NCBI RefSeq assembly: GCF_009914755.1
Contig: NC_060928.1
Source: the human T2T-CHM13v2.0 reference genome, Homo sapiens
DNA length: 64,000 nucleotides
Strand: one strand, 5' to 3'
Under the pieces are notes generated by a model, which was not told where the DNA came from, did not search any database, and was given only the letters and a program-made list of their open reading frames with translations. Position numbers and translations under genes: made by a program. Below are positions 39,863 to 55,182 of this stretch, in pieces (position 1 is the stretch's first letter; each line of letters starts with the position of its first letter).

Positions 39863-42811
39863 CCTGGACTCTAGCCAGGATGTCTTAGTTTAGTTCTAGA
39901 AATGTGAGCCATTTTCCCTTCCTTCTGGTTCTTTGCATATTCTCTTCTCACTGTCTTCTCTCCTTCATCTTCTTTACCTCCCTTTTATAATTTCCAAGAT
40001 AGTATCTAAATATTGCTTCCTTTGAAAGGTTTATTCTGACACCCCACCACCCTCATCAAATCTTACACCATATAAACTCAAATCAGGACCATTGCATCTT
40101 CACACCGCATCCTAATGCTTTTTCCTAGCCTAGCATTCAGCACGCTTGTGTGAGTGCCCCTCCAGACTGTGAGTTTCTTTAAGGGCCTCAACAGTGTCTA
40201 ACTGTTTTCCTTTCCCTACCAACTAGCACAGTACCAAACACTGGAAAGCATTCAATGAAAGTAAGTCAAATGAATTCGATGAAAAATAAATGATGAGTAA
40301 ACAGTATTAAAATAAATCAACAACAAAATCATTCTCTCTTGTATACTCAAAATGTTCCACACAATGTGTTTAGGAAGTAAGTAGTTGGCAGAGCTATAAA
40401 GTCAAAAGTAGCACATTTAAATCCACTTGAAAACCAGATGACAGTCTTTCATTCTACCCAGATTATACTTCCTGGGCCATGATAGTAGTTAATGGACTGT
40501 TTAATGAGTCAGTCCTGGAATATTAACTGATAACCAGAATGAAATGCTTTTCCTCTCCTGTCTCATACATCTGCCTGTTGAAAAGTATGCCTGAGTGACT
40601 GCTACTGAGTTGGAAAGGGTCAACTCCTACATCAACCTGCACCTTCCTCTTGCCCTTTGAGGCTACACAGGAAAGGCATGAGGCCCATGGACACCAACCT
40701 GCCTCTCCTGGAGCAAAGGGATGAGAAATATGAGCCTGTTCTTCAAACTGCTTGGGACATGTAGCCTGTAGCTGTGATAGCTTGTTTAACAAGGACTGGT
40801 TTTTTCCTCTCAATCATAGTTCTAAAGCTATCGTTTATTGAAAAGCTGATTTTTAAAGCACACACTAGAACAGCTTTTCTGTACAGCTGCAATGCTATTT
40901 AAATCTTCCATGAATATCTCCACAAACCCAAGAAAATTCTAAACTGAAATACTGCTCTTAGAGAGGACATAGTAAAATAAGACCCTATAGGAGGAAAATT
41001 CAGGAAGTGAAATCTGGTTGTTAATTTTAATACTGGAATTATAAAATCAGGCATATAGCTTCCACTCTTCTGAGCTAAAAGAACACCTTAAAACACCATT
41101 TGAAAAAGTAGCCTACAGGCTTTTTGTGGAGACTTTGGTAGATACTAGCAATCTCCCTCAAAATCATTCCTTAATAGTCTCCAGGAATGTAAATAAATGC
41201 CTCACCTTTTTCTAGGAAGAGACTGAAAGGAGATGAAGAATAAGCAGTCAAAGCAATGCTTTAAAGACAGTAAACAAATCAATGAGAGGTAACATTGTCC
41301 TTGGGAAGAGCTGACTGTTGAACCCAAATTTCTGCTCCACAATAAAACCTCAAGTTCTTATCTCCAGCACTATTTTGAAAACAACAACAAAAAATTTCTA
41401 TAGGCCACTGGTGATCCTGGCAAGACTGATGTGATGCTTTAATCTCATGTAACTGGCTATATCATTCTCCTGCTGTGACCAGGCAGTCTCACTGAAACCC
41501 TTTAAGCTGCATTTGTAGCATTTTATAATGTTGATACTTCTTTGAATTTCATCAAAGTGGAAACTGATAGATTCTAGCCAGCTATATTGCAACCTTCATT
41601 TCCTTCATTTAAGACATTCAATTTCTGTCAAATGAACTATCAAATGAAATTATATAGAGCGTGAGTCACTATTATAAATATTTTGGAGCCATTTACTTGG
41701 AGGCTGTTGATAAAAACAGCACTTTTCTACACCCAAGAAAGGTTTCCCAAATGACTAACCAAAGAAACAGCATTATGAGAATTGTTTTGTGTCCCATCAA
41801 GCATTGTGTAGCCTTATGTTTCATTTCTGCTAACTCTTAGTTCCCAATATAATAGGGACTCCACTGTGGGGCTAAGTCAGTGCTTGCTAAATTATTGATT
41901 CACTTCAAATAAAGAAATGCCACAACATTCTGCGAATAGGAAAGGATGATTATAAGACATAAGGAGTCTATACAGCCTTGATACCTAGTACAACGCCTGG
42001 CACAAATTAGTCTTTTAACAAATATCTGTTGAATGAATAGATAAATAAATGTGCGTAAGTTGAGAATCTGATGTTTATGAAAGACTAAGCACTGGTGCAT
42101 TGAAAGTTCCACACAAATTTCTTAAGTCATCTTTTGAACACAAAGCAATAATAAAAGTGCAGCAGATTCAAAAATAATTGGATCTAATTCATGTTCTAAA
42201 GCATTGTGGAATTAATAAATAAAAATTTAATGCCATTTTGAGTTCTAGTTATGCCGTGGAAGCCTGCTGGTCTCTTGGTTTTAAAATACTTTTCCAGAAT
42301 ACTAAAATCAGAACTCTTTTTCTCATGTTGTTCTTTCCTTTGTTTCCATAGGAAACAGTGACTTCCAGGCATCCAAGATGACACAACATAGATTGCCAAA
42401 TTGCATGCCACCCTGCAGTTGCCAAGGAGATAATGTATGTCATTCCTACAAATAACATGTTGCTCATGCCTTCATTTCTTTTATCTAGCTTTTTAAGATA
42501 TTCTTTGCCTGAACTGAATTCTGATAATGTTCGCTGTGAACTGATGGAAACATTCCTTTTTTAAAAATTTGTTTACCCCATTCCCCTAAGGCACTTGATC
42601 ACATCACACACGCCGTCTGTGGAAGGTCTGGGCATATTTTATGCCGATTTTGGAACCAGTGATTCAGCAGTTTTCACTGAAAAAATAAATGCATCCTGAA
42701 TTCTGTCTGCCTGCGTTCTAAGTAAAGGTCCAATTAAATCCACACCTGGCACTAACATATTCCAGTTTAAAATGGCCTACCACAAAAGCAGCTGCACTTA
42801 GTTAAATTTAT

Positions 42812-42925
42812 AGGGGAAGGAAGAGGAGGAAAGCAGGAAGGAAGCAAAGGGGAGAAAGAAGGATAGAAAGAAGAAAAGGCGCAAAAAAGGAAGGAAGGAA
42901 GTAAAACAGGAAGGAAAGAAGAGAA
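42812..42925. repeat. Purine-rich (GGAA/GA)n low-complexity tract
   Basis: ggggaaggaagaggaggaaagcaggaaggaag...ggaaggaaggaa. Confidence 0.8.
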
Positions 42926-43084
42926 ACATATTTATTGAGCACCTGCAGCATTCAAGATTAGACATCTGTAAGATGAACAAACAGAATAAGAAAAAGTCAA
43001 GATCTTGGCTGACATCATCCCACTAGCAAGAGGCAGAGTCATTATTTGAACTTGGTTGTATGTGACTTAAAAGCATGTGTTTCC

Positions 43085-43325
43085 CAGTTAATCTTGTGCT
43101 GCATAATAAATCTCCCCTAAACATAGTGGCTTAAAGCAACAGCAATCATTTTAATTTTATCTCTCAAGGGTTTGGAGGCTGGCTGGACTCAGGTAAGCAG
43201 CATTCACTCAGAGTCTCTCATGTGGTTTCAATCAGAAGGGCTGGGTTGGAATCACCCAGAAGATGTCCTCACTCCCAGGCCTGGCAGTTGAGGCTGGGGC
43301 TGTCAGCCAGAATGCCTTACAGTAT
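43085..43325 (-). mobile_element. MLT1-family LTR fragment
   Basis: gctgcataataaatctcccctaaacatagtggcttaaagcaac ... ggctggactcagg ... ggcagttgaggctggggctgtcagc. Confidence 0.65.
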
Positions 43326-46025
43326 ATTGGAAATAGCAGCACCAAATAAATTACTGCATCCTTTTACTTACCCCACACTGGGCTGCATTCTTTTTATTTT
43401 ACTTTATCAACTACTCTCAATATATCAAGAGGCTTTTGGCTAATGTCTCTATTTTCACAGCACCCTAAAATTATTCTAATAGTGAACCTGGTAGACCTAG
43501 ACTTTGAACCCCATCCAGGTGATCTGAAAAAATCTTAAGTCCTCCACTGAACATCCAATCTGTGTGTTACCCTGAAAATAATCAGATTTGTTTATCCTTT
43601 GGAAACCTATTAAACTTTATCATAAATAAAGAGATCCTCTGCCAGAAAAGAGGATATTAATGACAAAGAAATATCATGGAGGAAACACAGTAATCTGATT
43701 GTGGGGAGCATTCAAACTAGGGAAGAATATTATGGTGAGCTAGTAAAACAGAAGCAAATTACATCTCATTGCTTGCATTGCTGAGAGTAGATGATTGTGC
43801 TCACTCTACTGTGCTGCCAGATTGGCCTGAAATAAACATATATAATATTTTATTTCATGTAGCTATTTCTGAGATGAACAACTCTGTAATGAATTAGGCT
43901 GCACTACACAGTACTGAATTCGGTCTATCAAGCAGATTACCATTACCTCAAACAACAGCAGGGTTCTACCCCAAATGTAACACTTGGATTCATACTGTCT
44001 CTCCCCAGTAAAAGTCCAGCATGTATTTTCATTCAGGCCAACAAATATGATGAAACGTTAAGGTATCTTTGATGACTGCTTTACAAAATAGACCTAAAAA
44101 TGGAAGCACTTAGGTAATGCACATGCTAGATCCCAGCAGGTGGAATAAAGGACATCTTATTCAGGATTTCACCTCTCACCTTCATATTTGTGATTTTATC
44201 CTACTTGCTTCAGCCCCAAATTTTACTCCTTTCCATATATTTTCTTTTCCTAAATGAGGACTATAGTCTGGTAACAAAATCTCTGAGAACAAAGCAGCAG
44301 TATTTAAAGACAGTATTTAACCGTCTTACATTATAGAACAATTGGCCTAAACCTTGCACAGATGTTGTAGTGTAATAAAGACTTGAGATCCTTCTTACCC
44401 CTCAATTTTATGTTCTCTGAAGCTTAGAAACTTCATAGTGCTATGATTTCTAAAACTGTGAGTAGCTAGGTGCACTTACTGGCTACAAAGTGACTGGACA
44501 GTAAGTTAACTGCAATCAAACATTATCACACATTCTTACGGGATTCTAAAATCCTTTTTTGATTGTACTACTAACCTTTAAGCCCATTATAGTATGTCTA
44601 TTACAGTCACATATATCTAGATTACTATTTGGAAACATTTAAATTAAATACTTTAGCAAATGTTCACTGCTAGAAGACCATCTTTTACATTTGTTCCCTT
44701 GTTAGGGTGATTACCTAATCTATTGGTCAAGCAAGGACATTTTTTGTTCAGAACAAATGCTAACCTGGGTAGGCCACAAGGACAATAGTCATAAACTCCA
44801 GCAATTGCAGGCAAATAGGGACAAAATCAAACTATCCATTGTAGATTAATTGGAAAAAAATCATTTGCTAGGAATTTGAAGATCACATTGGAAAAAAATC
44901 TGTATATTTCATTGAAAAAATGTTTTAAACTTTTCCATATTTTATCTCAATAATATATTGGTACACTTCTTTGAAACATTTGTAGTAATGAATTTGATAA
45001 AATAGATTTGACTGTGATGCAAGGGATATTACCTATTGCAAATGTGCAAAAATGAATGATTTATTGAATTTTGAAATATGAATGCAATTCATAAGAAACA
45101 CTGTGGGAAAATAAGTATAAAGAAAAAGAAATTAGATATTGAAAGCTAATCAAGGAGAGATTCATTTTTTTTAATTAACCAATAACAAATAGGATTCACC
45201 ATATAAAAATCTCACTCTACTTTTATGAATTGTTGGGGATGCTAAAATAACTTTCTGTCAGCAGATCAGGTCCCCATTGACCATGATCTATTTCAGTCCC
45301 AAAATGTATTCTTGTTCTATGTATAACAGGTAACCTCCTTGGTGCCATTTTTAGATCAGCCCGTTGGCAAACATTAGGCAGAAAGCATGTTAACATTTTT
45401 CAGGATCAGCTAAGGCTTTAGCACAGTGGGTTTCTTGCTTGCAGAAGCAGTGATGGTGAGCTAAGCACAAGAGAGAGTGCCTGTTGAAGCTCAGAATCTA
45501 TACAAGCATAAACTGCTTCAAGTCAAAATAAAGCAAAGCAAACAAGCTAACAAAACGATCCTACTGAGACCATTAGGATGCCCAGAGAGGATGTGCCCCC
45601 ATTAGGCCCAGGCACACAAAGTACGGCTCCAAGGTTTTGATACTCTCAGCTCAGCCTAAATCTCTGTCTTCAAAACAAATAACCTAACGAATTTAAAAAT
45701 GCAAATCACTATCATCATTCATGACAAATTCTTATTAATTATCTCTTTTGCTGTTAAAAAGAGGCGACTAATAAGGCAATTTTATGTCAGAGCTGGGCCT
45801 CACCTTTACTTCAAAAGACCATTTTCCACCTCTTTAAAAGCCATTTTTCTCTAGCAAAATGGCATTTTCTAATGGCTCAACCTAATAAAATTTGGCTTTT
45901 CTCAAAACAAATCTCAGGCTCATTTCTTCATGGAAGAAGCAGCATGTGAAAGTTAAGTGCCTAACCCAGGCTTCCACTTATCATTGCCCTCCCACGTTTT
46001 TTTAAGCTAATGATATTCTCTAAGA

Positions 46026-46028
46026 AAA

Positions 46029-46071
<43 letters not shown>

Positions 46072-46073
46072 AT
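46026..46073. repeat. (AAAT)n tetranucleotide microsatellite
   Basis: About 11-12 perfect AAAT units. Confidence 0.95.
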
Positions 46074-47053
46074 TACTATATGCTTGTCCAGCTCTTGCTT
46101 ACTCTCCAGGGAAGCAAGAAGCTTCAAGCTCCAAGAAAATCTCGTTTTTACTCCTTCAAAGCAAGATATCCTTATCAGAGCTCTTCCAGCCAAGCTAGCC
46201 CTCAGAAGAGTATCTGATTATTATTAGAGCAGGCGAGTATTAGATTCCTTCCTTCACTCATAGCCAGAAAACCTATACTGGGGCCCCAGGTATCCCTGAC
46301 CAGCAGAGTTGAGCATGACTCTTACTTTCTATCTCATACCTATCTGCACTGGGAGACAGAGACAACCGGCATAATAAAACTAAGGCTCAGAGGAAAAGCC
46401 AGTGGAATACAGGAATAGCACTTGCTTCATATGGGTGAGTTCCAAAGAAATTAGGTCGTTTGTGGTTAAGAGAAGAGTTACACAGATTTCCTTCAGTTAT
46501 CCAAAACCTATATGTGACCCTCAAAAAGCTAATTAACAATGTTGAATGGGTTTGTGGGACTTTTTACTGTTATTATGTTATCTAACCAGTTAATATTAAT
46601 AATATTTTATATATTATTAAATATATACTATGTATTTATAATTAATATTTTACAGAGACTACATTGTATTCATACAGTCTTTCATTCATTGACTCAATCA
46701 ACAAATATTGGGTGCCAGGCCACTAAATATTGGTCTTCAAGTTCATACTCTTCAAAACACTTTTCAAATAAATCTGCCCAATAAACTAAACCCATATGTC
46801 CTCATAGCTTGTTACGCTGGAGATAGTAATATTCCCACTTTGTAATTAAAGAGTTGACTTTCTGCTTTTTGAATACAGAGTCCTTGCCACTCTTTGCCAA
46901 ATTCTCTTTGGAGATGTCAATCCCAATCTCCAAGTGCCAGGGACCTAGACAAAGAGAAAGTGCAGATGTGCTAAACGGTGGGGCTTCTTCTTCCTCTATA
47001 GCTCTTCCGTTTTCCTAATATTAATATGTATAATAAAATACTAGGAAATTTGT

Positions 47054-47151
47054 TATATATATATATGTGTGTGTGTGTATATGTATGTGTATATATATGT
47101 GTGTATATATATGTGCGTACGTGTGTGTGTGTGTGTGTACATATATATATA
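47054..47151. repeat. Compound (TA)n/(TG)n microsatellite
   Basis: Nearly uninterrupted purine-pyrimidine alternation over ~98 bp. Confidence 0.9.
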
Positions 47152-49219
47152 ATTTTCAAGCGGTATCTTGATATCCACATTAAACTCACTGTACTTAGAA
47201 AAACTTTTCAGGGAGGCAAAAATAGAGTGCCCACATGACTACTGCTTCTGTGAATCCCCTAAGAATGGCCTTCTCTCTCACTAGGAAGCCTAAAACTGTT
47301 TGCAATTAGACAACAAAAAGCAATTAAAAGTATTTATTTTTTAAAAGCTTGTTTTAGCCAACCCACCCTCAAAAGAGAGACAGAGAGTCTGAGAGAGAAG
47401 AAAAATTTAGTGGCCTACATTGTTTGGGATTGGTGAGACTAGAGAGTATAAAGAAATCTCCATACTGGTCATCGATATGAAGATATCAGAGTTATAAAAA
47501 TTGAACTCAAATTCAAGAGCTATAGACTGAGGGAGAAGGAATATAGTCTTACAGAACAACTAAGAAGTTAAAAATTCAGGATTATTCATCGTGGCAGCAA
47601 AAGACAGTTTGGGAAAGTACATGATGTATTAGTCAAGTAAAGAATCTAGGAAGCTAAAAAAATCCTGTAACATCTGAAATACTAGAAAATATTAAGAAAA
47701 GCATGCCATGCCATACAATCTGAGTGAAAAGTGTCCTCTTTCTAAAACTGTTGCAAAATTGATCAAAATACATAAAAATTTTCTTTTTCCAAAGACATTT
47801 TTCATACATAATATCCTCTAATTCATTTAAGTGAAATAAAATAAGTCATACCCAAACTGATGTTTCTTGAAACTTCTAAATCATCTGAGGCTGAGCAAAA
47901 AGCTGGAGATTTAGCGATGTATATTATGTTGTGGGAAAATTAGCTCCTCAAAATAGCAAAAGGGAAAATTGGCAGCTTAGTCAAATACACCAGAAGGAAT
48001 GAATAATCTTACTCAGTAGCTTAGGGATGAGAACTTGGTGGAAAATATAACTAAATGTTGAGGAAAGTTGTTTAAAGCAGTTGTTTATTTTTGAAGCTGA
48101 TTTTTTCCATTCTAAAAAGAAGTGCTGGCCCACTCACATTGCGATATAAATGGAAAAAAAAGATTATAAAATAAATAAAATATTGAAGTACCAGAAAAAA
48201 ACCTTTTAATAACAAAATTTCACCAATGGAAATGTGTAGTTTTTTCATATATTGCTATCACCAGCAACCATGTTTATATCTCAGTTATATGAGGAATGAA
48301 ATCAATCAGCAGGCATTTCTTGAGCACCTGGCTATGTGTTAGGAAATATGTGCCAGATGTGCTGGGGAAGTGACGGAGTAAATGGAGAAGTAATAACAAT
48401 TCCAATAATATGGTAATTGTTTATAAATTAGATAGCAATTCTAGAATGATTCTTAAGCTAGACCATAAACATTACAAACCAACTCATGATATTCATAATA
48501 ATGAGCTGGCTTATCCTTTCTACTCTCCTTTATCTGCTGACGATCAATAAAATACACCTCACCACCAATCTGAGTTCTGCCAGCATCCCTCACCCCCTAA
48601 AGCTCAGCATGCTTCTTTGTAGTGTCCCTTGGTCCAAATACAGTGTCTGTTCCTCTGGATTATTTATATCACTATACTCTGTCTCCTGATGTAGTATTTC
48701 AGGGCAAAAACTACCTCCTAAACTTCTTGGAAATTTTTCCCACTTTTAAAACAACAGATGTTGTAAATAAGTATTGTTAATTGAATATGTTGATGCACAT
48801 AAAATAGATTATTTCAAATCAAAATAATGGTAATATATTCTAAAGTTTTCTAAATGTTTAAAATGTCACAACATTTTGGGAAAACTGTGGATTAGTTAGT
48901 CTACAATTTGTTAAAATAACTGTGCAAAATTAATTGGTGATTTTTAGAGTTGACAAAATCCACATGTATTTTATGAAAAGTAGATGATCTAAAAAATGTG
49001 ATTAATTTTCTCTGACCGCTTTCTACGTAAACCAAACCACTGACTAAGGGTATGGCTTGTATATAAATGGGATAGAGTTTCAAAGTATGGCTTACACTTC
49101 TAACAATGTAAACATTAAGACAATCTTCAGAAAAATTGTGGATAGTTGGGGAGTAAGTATGGGGCCAGGGACACAGCAGAGTTCAGCAGTGGTTGTGATG
49201 GGTTATAACTGAGGGACAA

Positions 49220-49445
49220 CAGTCTGTAGTGGTTGTGAACCTACACTTTGGATCTAGACCCCCAAGTTTAAATCTGGTCTCTGTTACTTAACAGCTATGT
49301 AATTCTGGGCAAATCACTTAGACCTTTCTGTGCCTCAATTTTCTCATCTGTAAAAAGTATTGCTGTGAAGGCTATATGAATATACATGAAGTGCTTAAAA
49401 TATTCTCCAGCAAGTAATAAGCACAGTATAATTGATGTTTTTATT
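49220..49445 (+). mobile_element. MIR SINE
   Basis: tgggcaaatcacttagacctttctgtgcctcaattttctcatctgtaaaa core. Confidence 0.8.
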
Positions 49446-49598
49446 GCTGTTGGAGCAGTGTAGATTTCTGCTGTAGAGGTGAGTATAAAATAACCTGAAT
49501 ATTTAATTTGATCTGACTCAGTGACCCCACAAAGAGCCATCCTTCCTCTAATCAGCTCTTCATACATCATTTGTACTAAAGTAAGCACTTGTTAAAGA

Positions 49599-49921
<323 letters not shown>

Positions 49922-50119
49922 TTACAAAGAATGGATGAGTTTGTACTAATACAGACATTTTTAATTAGATGTGAATTTAGACATAATCTTGCCTCACTTC
50001 ATCATTTAACAGATGGAGAAATGGAAACCTAAGTATTAGGTTGTGTGATTAAAGCTACACTACACTGGAGAACTGAGAGAGACAAAATCCCTTAATGCCT
50101 GCCTGCAGTTATTTCTAGG

Positions 50120-50380
50120 TGAGAGGCAGCACCATGAATCTGAAACCATCCAGCTTTCTGATGCCAAACAGGCAGGGCTCAAATCCAAGTCTACCATTTA
50201 CTACACATATGATCTAGGCAACTTACCAAAATACCAAGGCTCAGTTTGCTCAACCATAAAATTATGTGTATAACAACATAACAACAGATGGCAGAGTTTG
50301 TTATAAAGATTAGAGATAATTCATGTAAAGCAACTAGCAGTGTGTAGCACATAGTAGGTACTCAATAAATGATGATGATG
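50120..50380 (+). mobile_element. MIR SINE
   Basis: gggctcaaatccaagtctaccatttacta ... gataattcatgtaaagc ... gcacatagtaggtactcaataaatg. Confidence 0.7.
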
Positions 50381-53059
50381 TTGATGACATGCTGCTCTCT
50401 AAATTCTATGCTAAATACATTTCACAGCTTCTTCATTTGCCATGCTATTTATAAACACAGAACACATGAAAATAAATGAACAAATATACTATTCATCTAT
50501 ATCATCTATGTTTATACCACATAACACACATACACACCCTACCATATTATACTATGTTGCCTTACTCCCTCCTTGATCACCAGTTAATATACATAGCCTT
50601 CTTAATGCAGCACTAAACTTATGGCATTTCCTTTTATGGAAAAGGAAAGAACCTAAATCTTCAATTTTGATGCGAATGTTGGCATTTTTATTTCCATGTG
50701 ACATTATTGCCAATGATTACCAAAATATGCAAAATATTGGTTCAATAAACTGCTAAAATTGATTTCTTCTTCTCTTTGCCATTTTGAATGGTAATACTTA
50801 ATTTATTACTTTTTCGCATTTCAAAGAGTAATTTGAAGCTCAACTCTGCTACAATGTATTATTACCCCTTCTACCTCTCCTTCACAGCATTTTTGTCACT
50901 ATTTATTTTAAATTAATTGTTGAATGACTATCATTCCTACCACCCTCATATCTATGAAGGAAGGAGCACAGTATTCCCAACATACTGACAGTTGATAGGT
51001 AGTTCATAAATATAACAGGTTCCCAGTATGTAACTGAATATAAAGGTTTGTATTTCAGGAGACAGGTTTAAGGTGGCAGTAAAAATTTGGCAGTAAGTAT
51101 ACTTGAATACTTGAACAAACATACTTGAATTCTAAAACTAATACTCAGACCATACTTTTATATAGTAAATACAGCCACTAACAAGATTAATAGCCTGTCT
51201 CTCTTATAAGGCTAAGTTCCTAGATTTTGTCTTTGAATCCTCAGTGCTTTGCAGGTGACTTCACAATAGTTGCCTGGTAAACACTTGCTATCTGAGTAGC
51301 TGAGATCTGTTCTAATGCTTAGCATATCATTTCTCTACATATGAAAAATAACCAAACTAACATAAAAAATGGCTGGAGATGAAACATAGTTAGTTCTAAT
51401 ATATTGGGCACTTAAAACATACAATTTAGTAATTGTGCATTAAACAATCACTCATTGCCTAAAGAGCATTACTAATTACAGAACATTCTGTACTTAAAAC
51501 AGGTATGAGTTTGGGGAGGTACTTATTTATATAAAATTTAAAGAATGTCACTAAACTCCTGTCATAAACACACCTAAATGTCAGATGAATTGTCGGTACT
51601 GCCTCATGTCCCTTTTCAAACTGCCCAAAACCAAGTTTAAAAATGAAAGAAATAAGGACAAATGAATAAAATAAGATTTGTTGCATGTTAGCTTAAACTA
51701 TTTAAAGAACAGCATTTTTAAGAGGAATTTTGAGAATGATTGAAGTGAAAATCTGAAACTGACCTAGTTTATATACCCTTTAGGAATGGAATGAAGCTTG
51801 TATATTATGATAGCCAACTACTCTTTCCTTATAATGCACAGCTGTTTGCGTAGATTTGCCGAGCCTCTTTGTTTTGCTTTTTTTTCCCCCAAAGTGTCCT
51901 CAGTTCTCTATTTCTGCCCATCAGCCAAGTCCAACTGCTGAAAATGTGACTCAGAACGCTAAGAATGAGTATTTGCTGTCCTAAATGGTCACAGAAACCC
52001 TGCTGCGGCTCACCACTTAACATGTGCCTTATGCTCACATTTATTTCAGGTAAAAAAAATTGCCATCAAAGACTCACTTTTTGAAAACTGGGGAAAAATA
52101 TATTACTTTTTAAAAGTACCATATTTCCTATTGTCAGATTCCTATAGTTGGTTCATAACCAACCAATAAACAACTGTAATTGTTAAGCATTATGCTATGT
52201 GCTGTATGGGAAAATAAGTGTGCTGTATGAAGCTATAATTCATTTTATTAATGAGCTTGCCATAGCGCTAAATAAGTACAGCAATCACATAGGAAACAAT
52301 TAAGCAAAATGCCACAGAATATTATAAAGTGATAAATGAGTTCATGCATACTTTATTTAAGATGCCTAAAGAAATAAAAAGTAATAATCACAGATACTAT
52401 TTACTGGTCACTGAGCACTGTACTGGGTACTTTATGGAATGACATAACTTAATCCTTATTATAAGCCTTTCCAGTAGATTATATTATTACCCCCACTTTA
52501 AGGATCCGAATACTTAAGGCCATAACCTCAAGATCCTAGAGCTCGGTCAGAATGAGCCCCCAAAAGAAAATAAGGCTACAGTTTGACTTTGAAGGATAAA
52601 TACAAAAAAAAAATTATCATAAGAGTACTTGAATTATTATTTATACATTCTTTTTTTAACATAATCTTTTCTTAAGGAGTCTAAGCAGAGAAAATAGCTC
52701 TTTACTTTTGCAAATAGAATTGTAAGAATCTATGGACTTTAAAATTGAAAAGTCTGGGAAGACTAGTTATGGTTAGGGTAAAATGGAAATAAAGAGAAAT
52801 AGCAATTAGGTAGATCAAAAAGGAGATGCATACAGTAGAGAATTTTGCACTTGAACTTTGAAAAAAGAAAGTCGTTATTATGGGAAAGGACAAGTTGTCC
52901 TGCTATGGAAATCTCCACTTATCTAAACTTGAATTAATTTGCTTCTTCATTAAATGTGCTTCATCTCTCTTCCCTATCCTAGTGATTGATGCCACCACCA
53001 TCTATCTCAGCCTCCATTTCCCTCACCCAATATATCCAATCAGTCATTAAGTCTTGAAG

Positions 53060-53655
53060 CTTAAAAGCATGAGGCTTCCTGTCTCAGCCCTGCCACTTAC
53101 TAGATAGGTGACCTTGGGAAGATTATTTGATCATTAACTAATAATTTACTCAATGGTAAAAACATGGATAAAAATAGAACATATTTTATAAGTTGTTAGA
53201 ATTCAAGTATAGACTAAATGTAAAAGTTTTTATTACTGGTACATAGAAAGCATTCAGAATATTAAGCTATTAATTATTCATAGAAATATGAACAAAAATA
53301 TTCTATATTGGGCATATTATCTTCTGTATTCATATATACATGCATCATATGTATATGTGTGCATTTATATGTATATAAAATACATACAGTTTAATGTCTA
53401 TTCTTAATAGAGATATTAAATATTAAATGCCATAGAATTGTGTTTAAGAAAAAGAGCTCTGCATTCAGACAGAGCCAAATTAATTTCGATATTAGGTTTA
53501 CCATTTTCTGTCTGTGTTATATTGAATATATCACCTAACAACTGCAAACCTCAGCTTCTTCATCTGTAAAATAGTTATTGTGAGCTTGAAATTGAGTAAT
53601 ACACATAAAGCACATTATATAGTACCTGACATAACTAATGTTAGCCATCTCATTA
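53060..53655 (+). mobile_element. Two MIR fragments (~53060-53280 and ~53430-53655)
   Basis: ctgccacttactagataggtgaccttgggaag and cctcagcttcttcatctgtaaaata cores. Confidence 0.6.
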
Positions 53656-55082
53656 TATCACTGATTTTTTTCATAAGATACAGTGTGCATATATTAATGC
53701 ATAATTTGTGGCTGGATAAGAACTAAAGAATATACGATTGAAGTGATTTTTAAAAATATCATTTCATTAAGAAAGCTTTATTTTTTGTTCTATAGTTGTT
53801 TATTTTTCAAATTATTCTATTAATCCAAATCACCTGCATCCATGAGAGAGTAGGTACTCTAAGAAATGAGAATGTGAAAGGAAAGAACCACAAGAATGAG
53901 ACTCAACTCAAATAAGAACAGGGACAAATGCAGCATCAAGGTAATAATCAGCAGAAACAGAACAGCTGGTTTGCCTTCTGAGACGCCCAAAGACATACTC
54001 AAGCTACCCATAGATGCTTTTAGATTCCACCAACTGTACTTTTCTCCTTGCTTCATGAATATTCCATGAACTATTCCAATTCCCAAAGAACCGAAATGAT
54101 CACCATAAGCCTGTGCCAGGTTATCAACAACAGTCCATAGGTCACATATAGTGATGATGAATCAAACTACCAGTGAGTTACCCAAAGGTCTACTGAAATA
54201 CCAAATGTCATGTAGACTCTAAAGACAATTCAAAGTGAGGAGTTCAAACACATTTTAAGCAAAGGCAGTATCATTTGAATAAGTAAATAGCTTTACAAGT
54301 TGGAACACATATTTGAATAAGCAAATTTCAGCTTCCTGATTGAAATCTCTACTGAAATTCAAAACTTATAATTCTTAGAATAAATATTTCTTTCTAGTTA
54401 TACGTTGTAACATTTTGCTCTTAACATACTTTTTCCTTCTTGATTTCTTTCTTCTTATTTCTCTTTCTCTCTCTGTCCTTTAATTTTGATGTGTTCTTAA
54501 TCTTTAAAGTTGTACTTGATACTGAAGGCATTTGATGACAAGTGATACTGTAAAACCAGCTGCACTCTGGCAGGGATCTAGAATCAGGAGGATGGGTGGG
54601 CCAACCCATTAATCACTGTCTTTAGACCACAGATAGTCTTCAAGTAAGCCACTGTGGAGATCTAAGTCATTACACATACATAGTCACACATTGTAGAGGA
54701 TATGAAGCATATAATGCAAATTTTGACTATATTTATTTTAAAGTCTTTCCCAATGATTAAATGGTATAATCCTATGTCCTTCACAACCAAATTTGATCTT
54801 CTTGACCTTGGATGTGCCATTTGCACACAGCATGTGGATCATGCTGAAAAAGGAGTTACTAAATCAGAATGAACTTAGCCAATGGAATGAGCTCAACCAA
54901 CCATTTACTGTAATGGCAATTGCGGTAGTCAGGAAGTATGTTTCAGGGAGCCCATGGAAGATTATCAATTCTCTTCCCATCTTTGGAAATTCAGCAGAAT
55001 GGTTTTATTCTGATTAAGTAGTACTTTGAAGTGTTTAGAATATTCCATGATAGCACTAGTATAATGAGTCTCATCACTTTGC

Positions 55083-55145
55083 AAAAAAAAAAAAAAAAAA
55101 AAAGAAAAGAAAACTCTATCAACTCACTATAACACAAAAATTATG

Positions 55146-55182
<37 letters not shown>

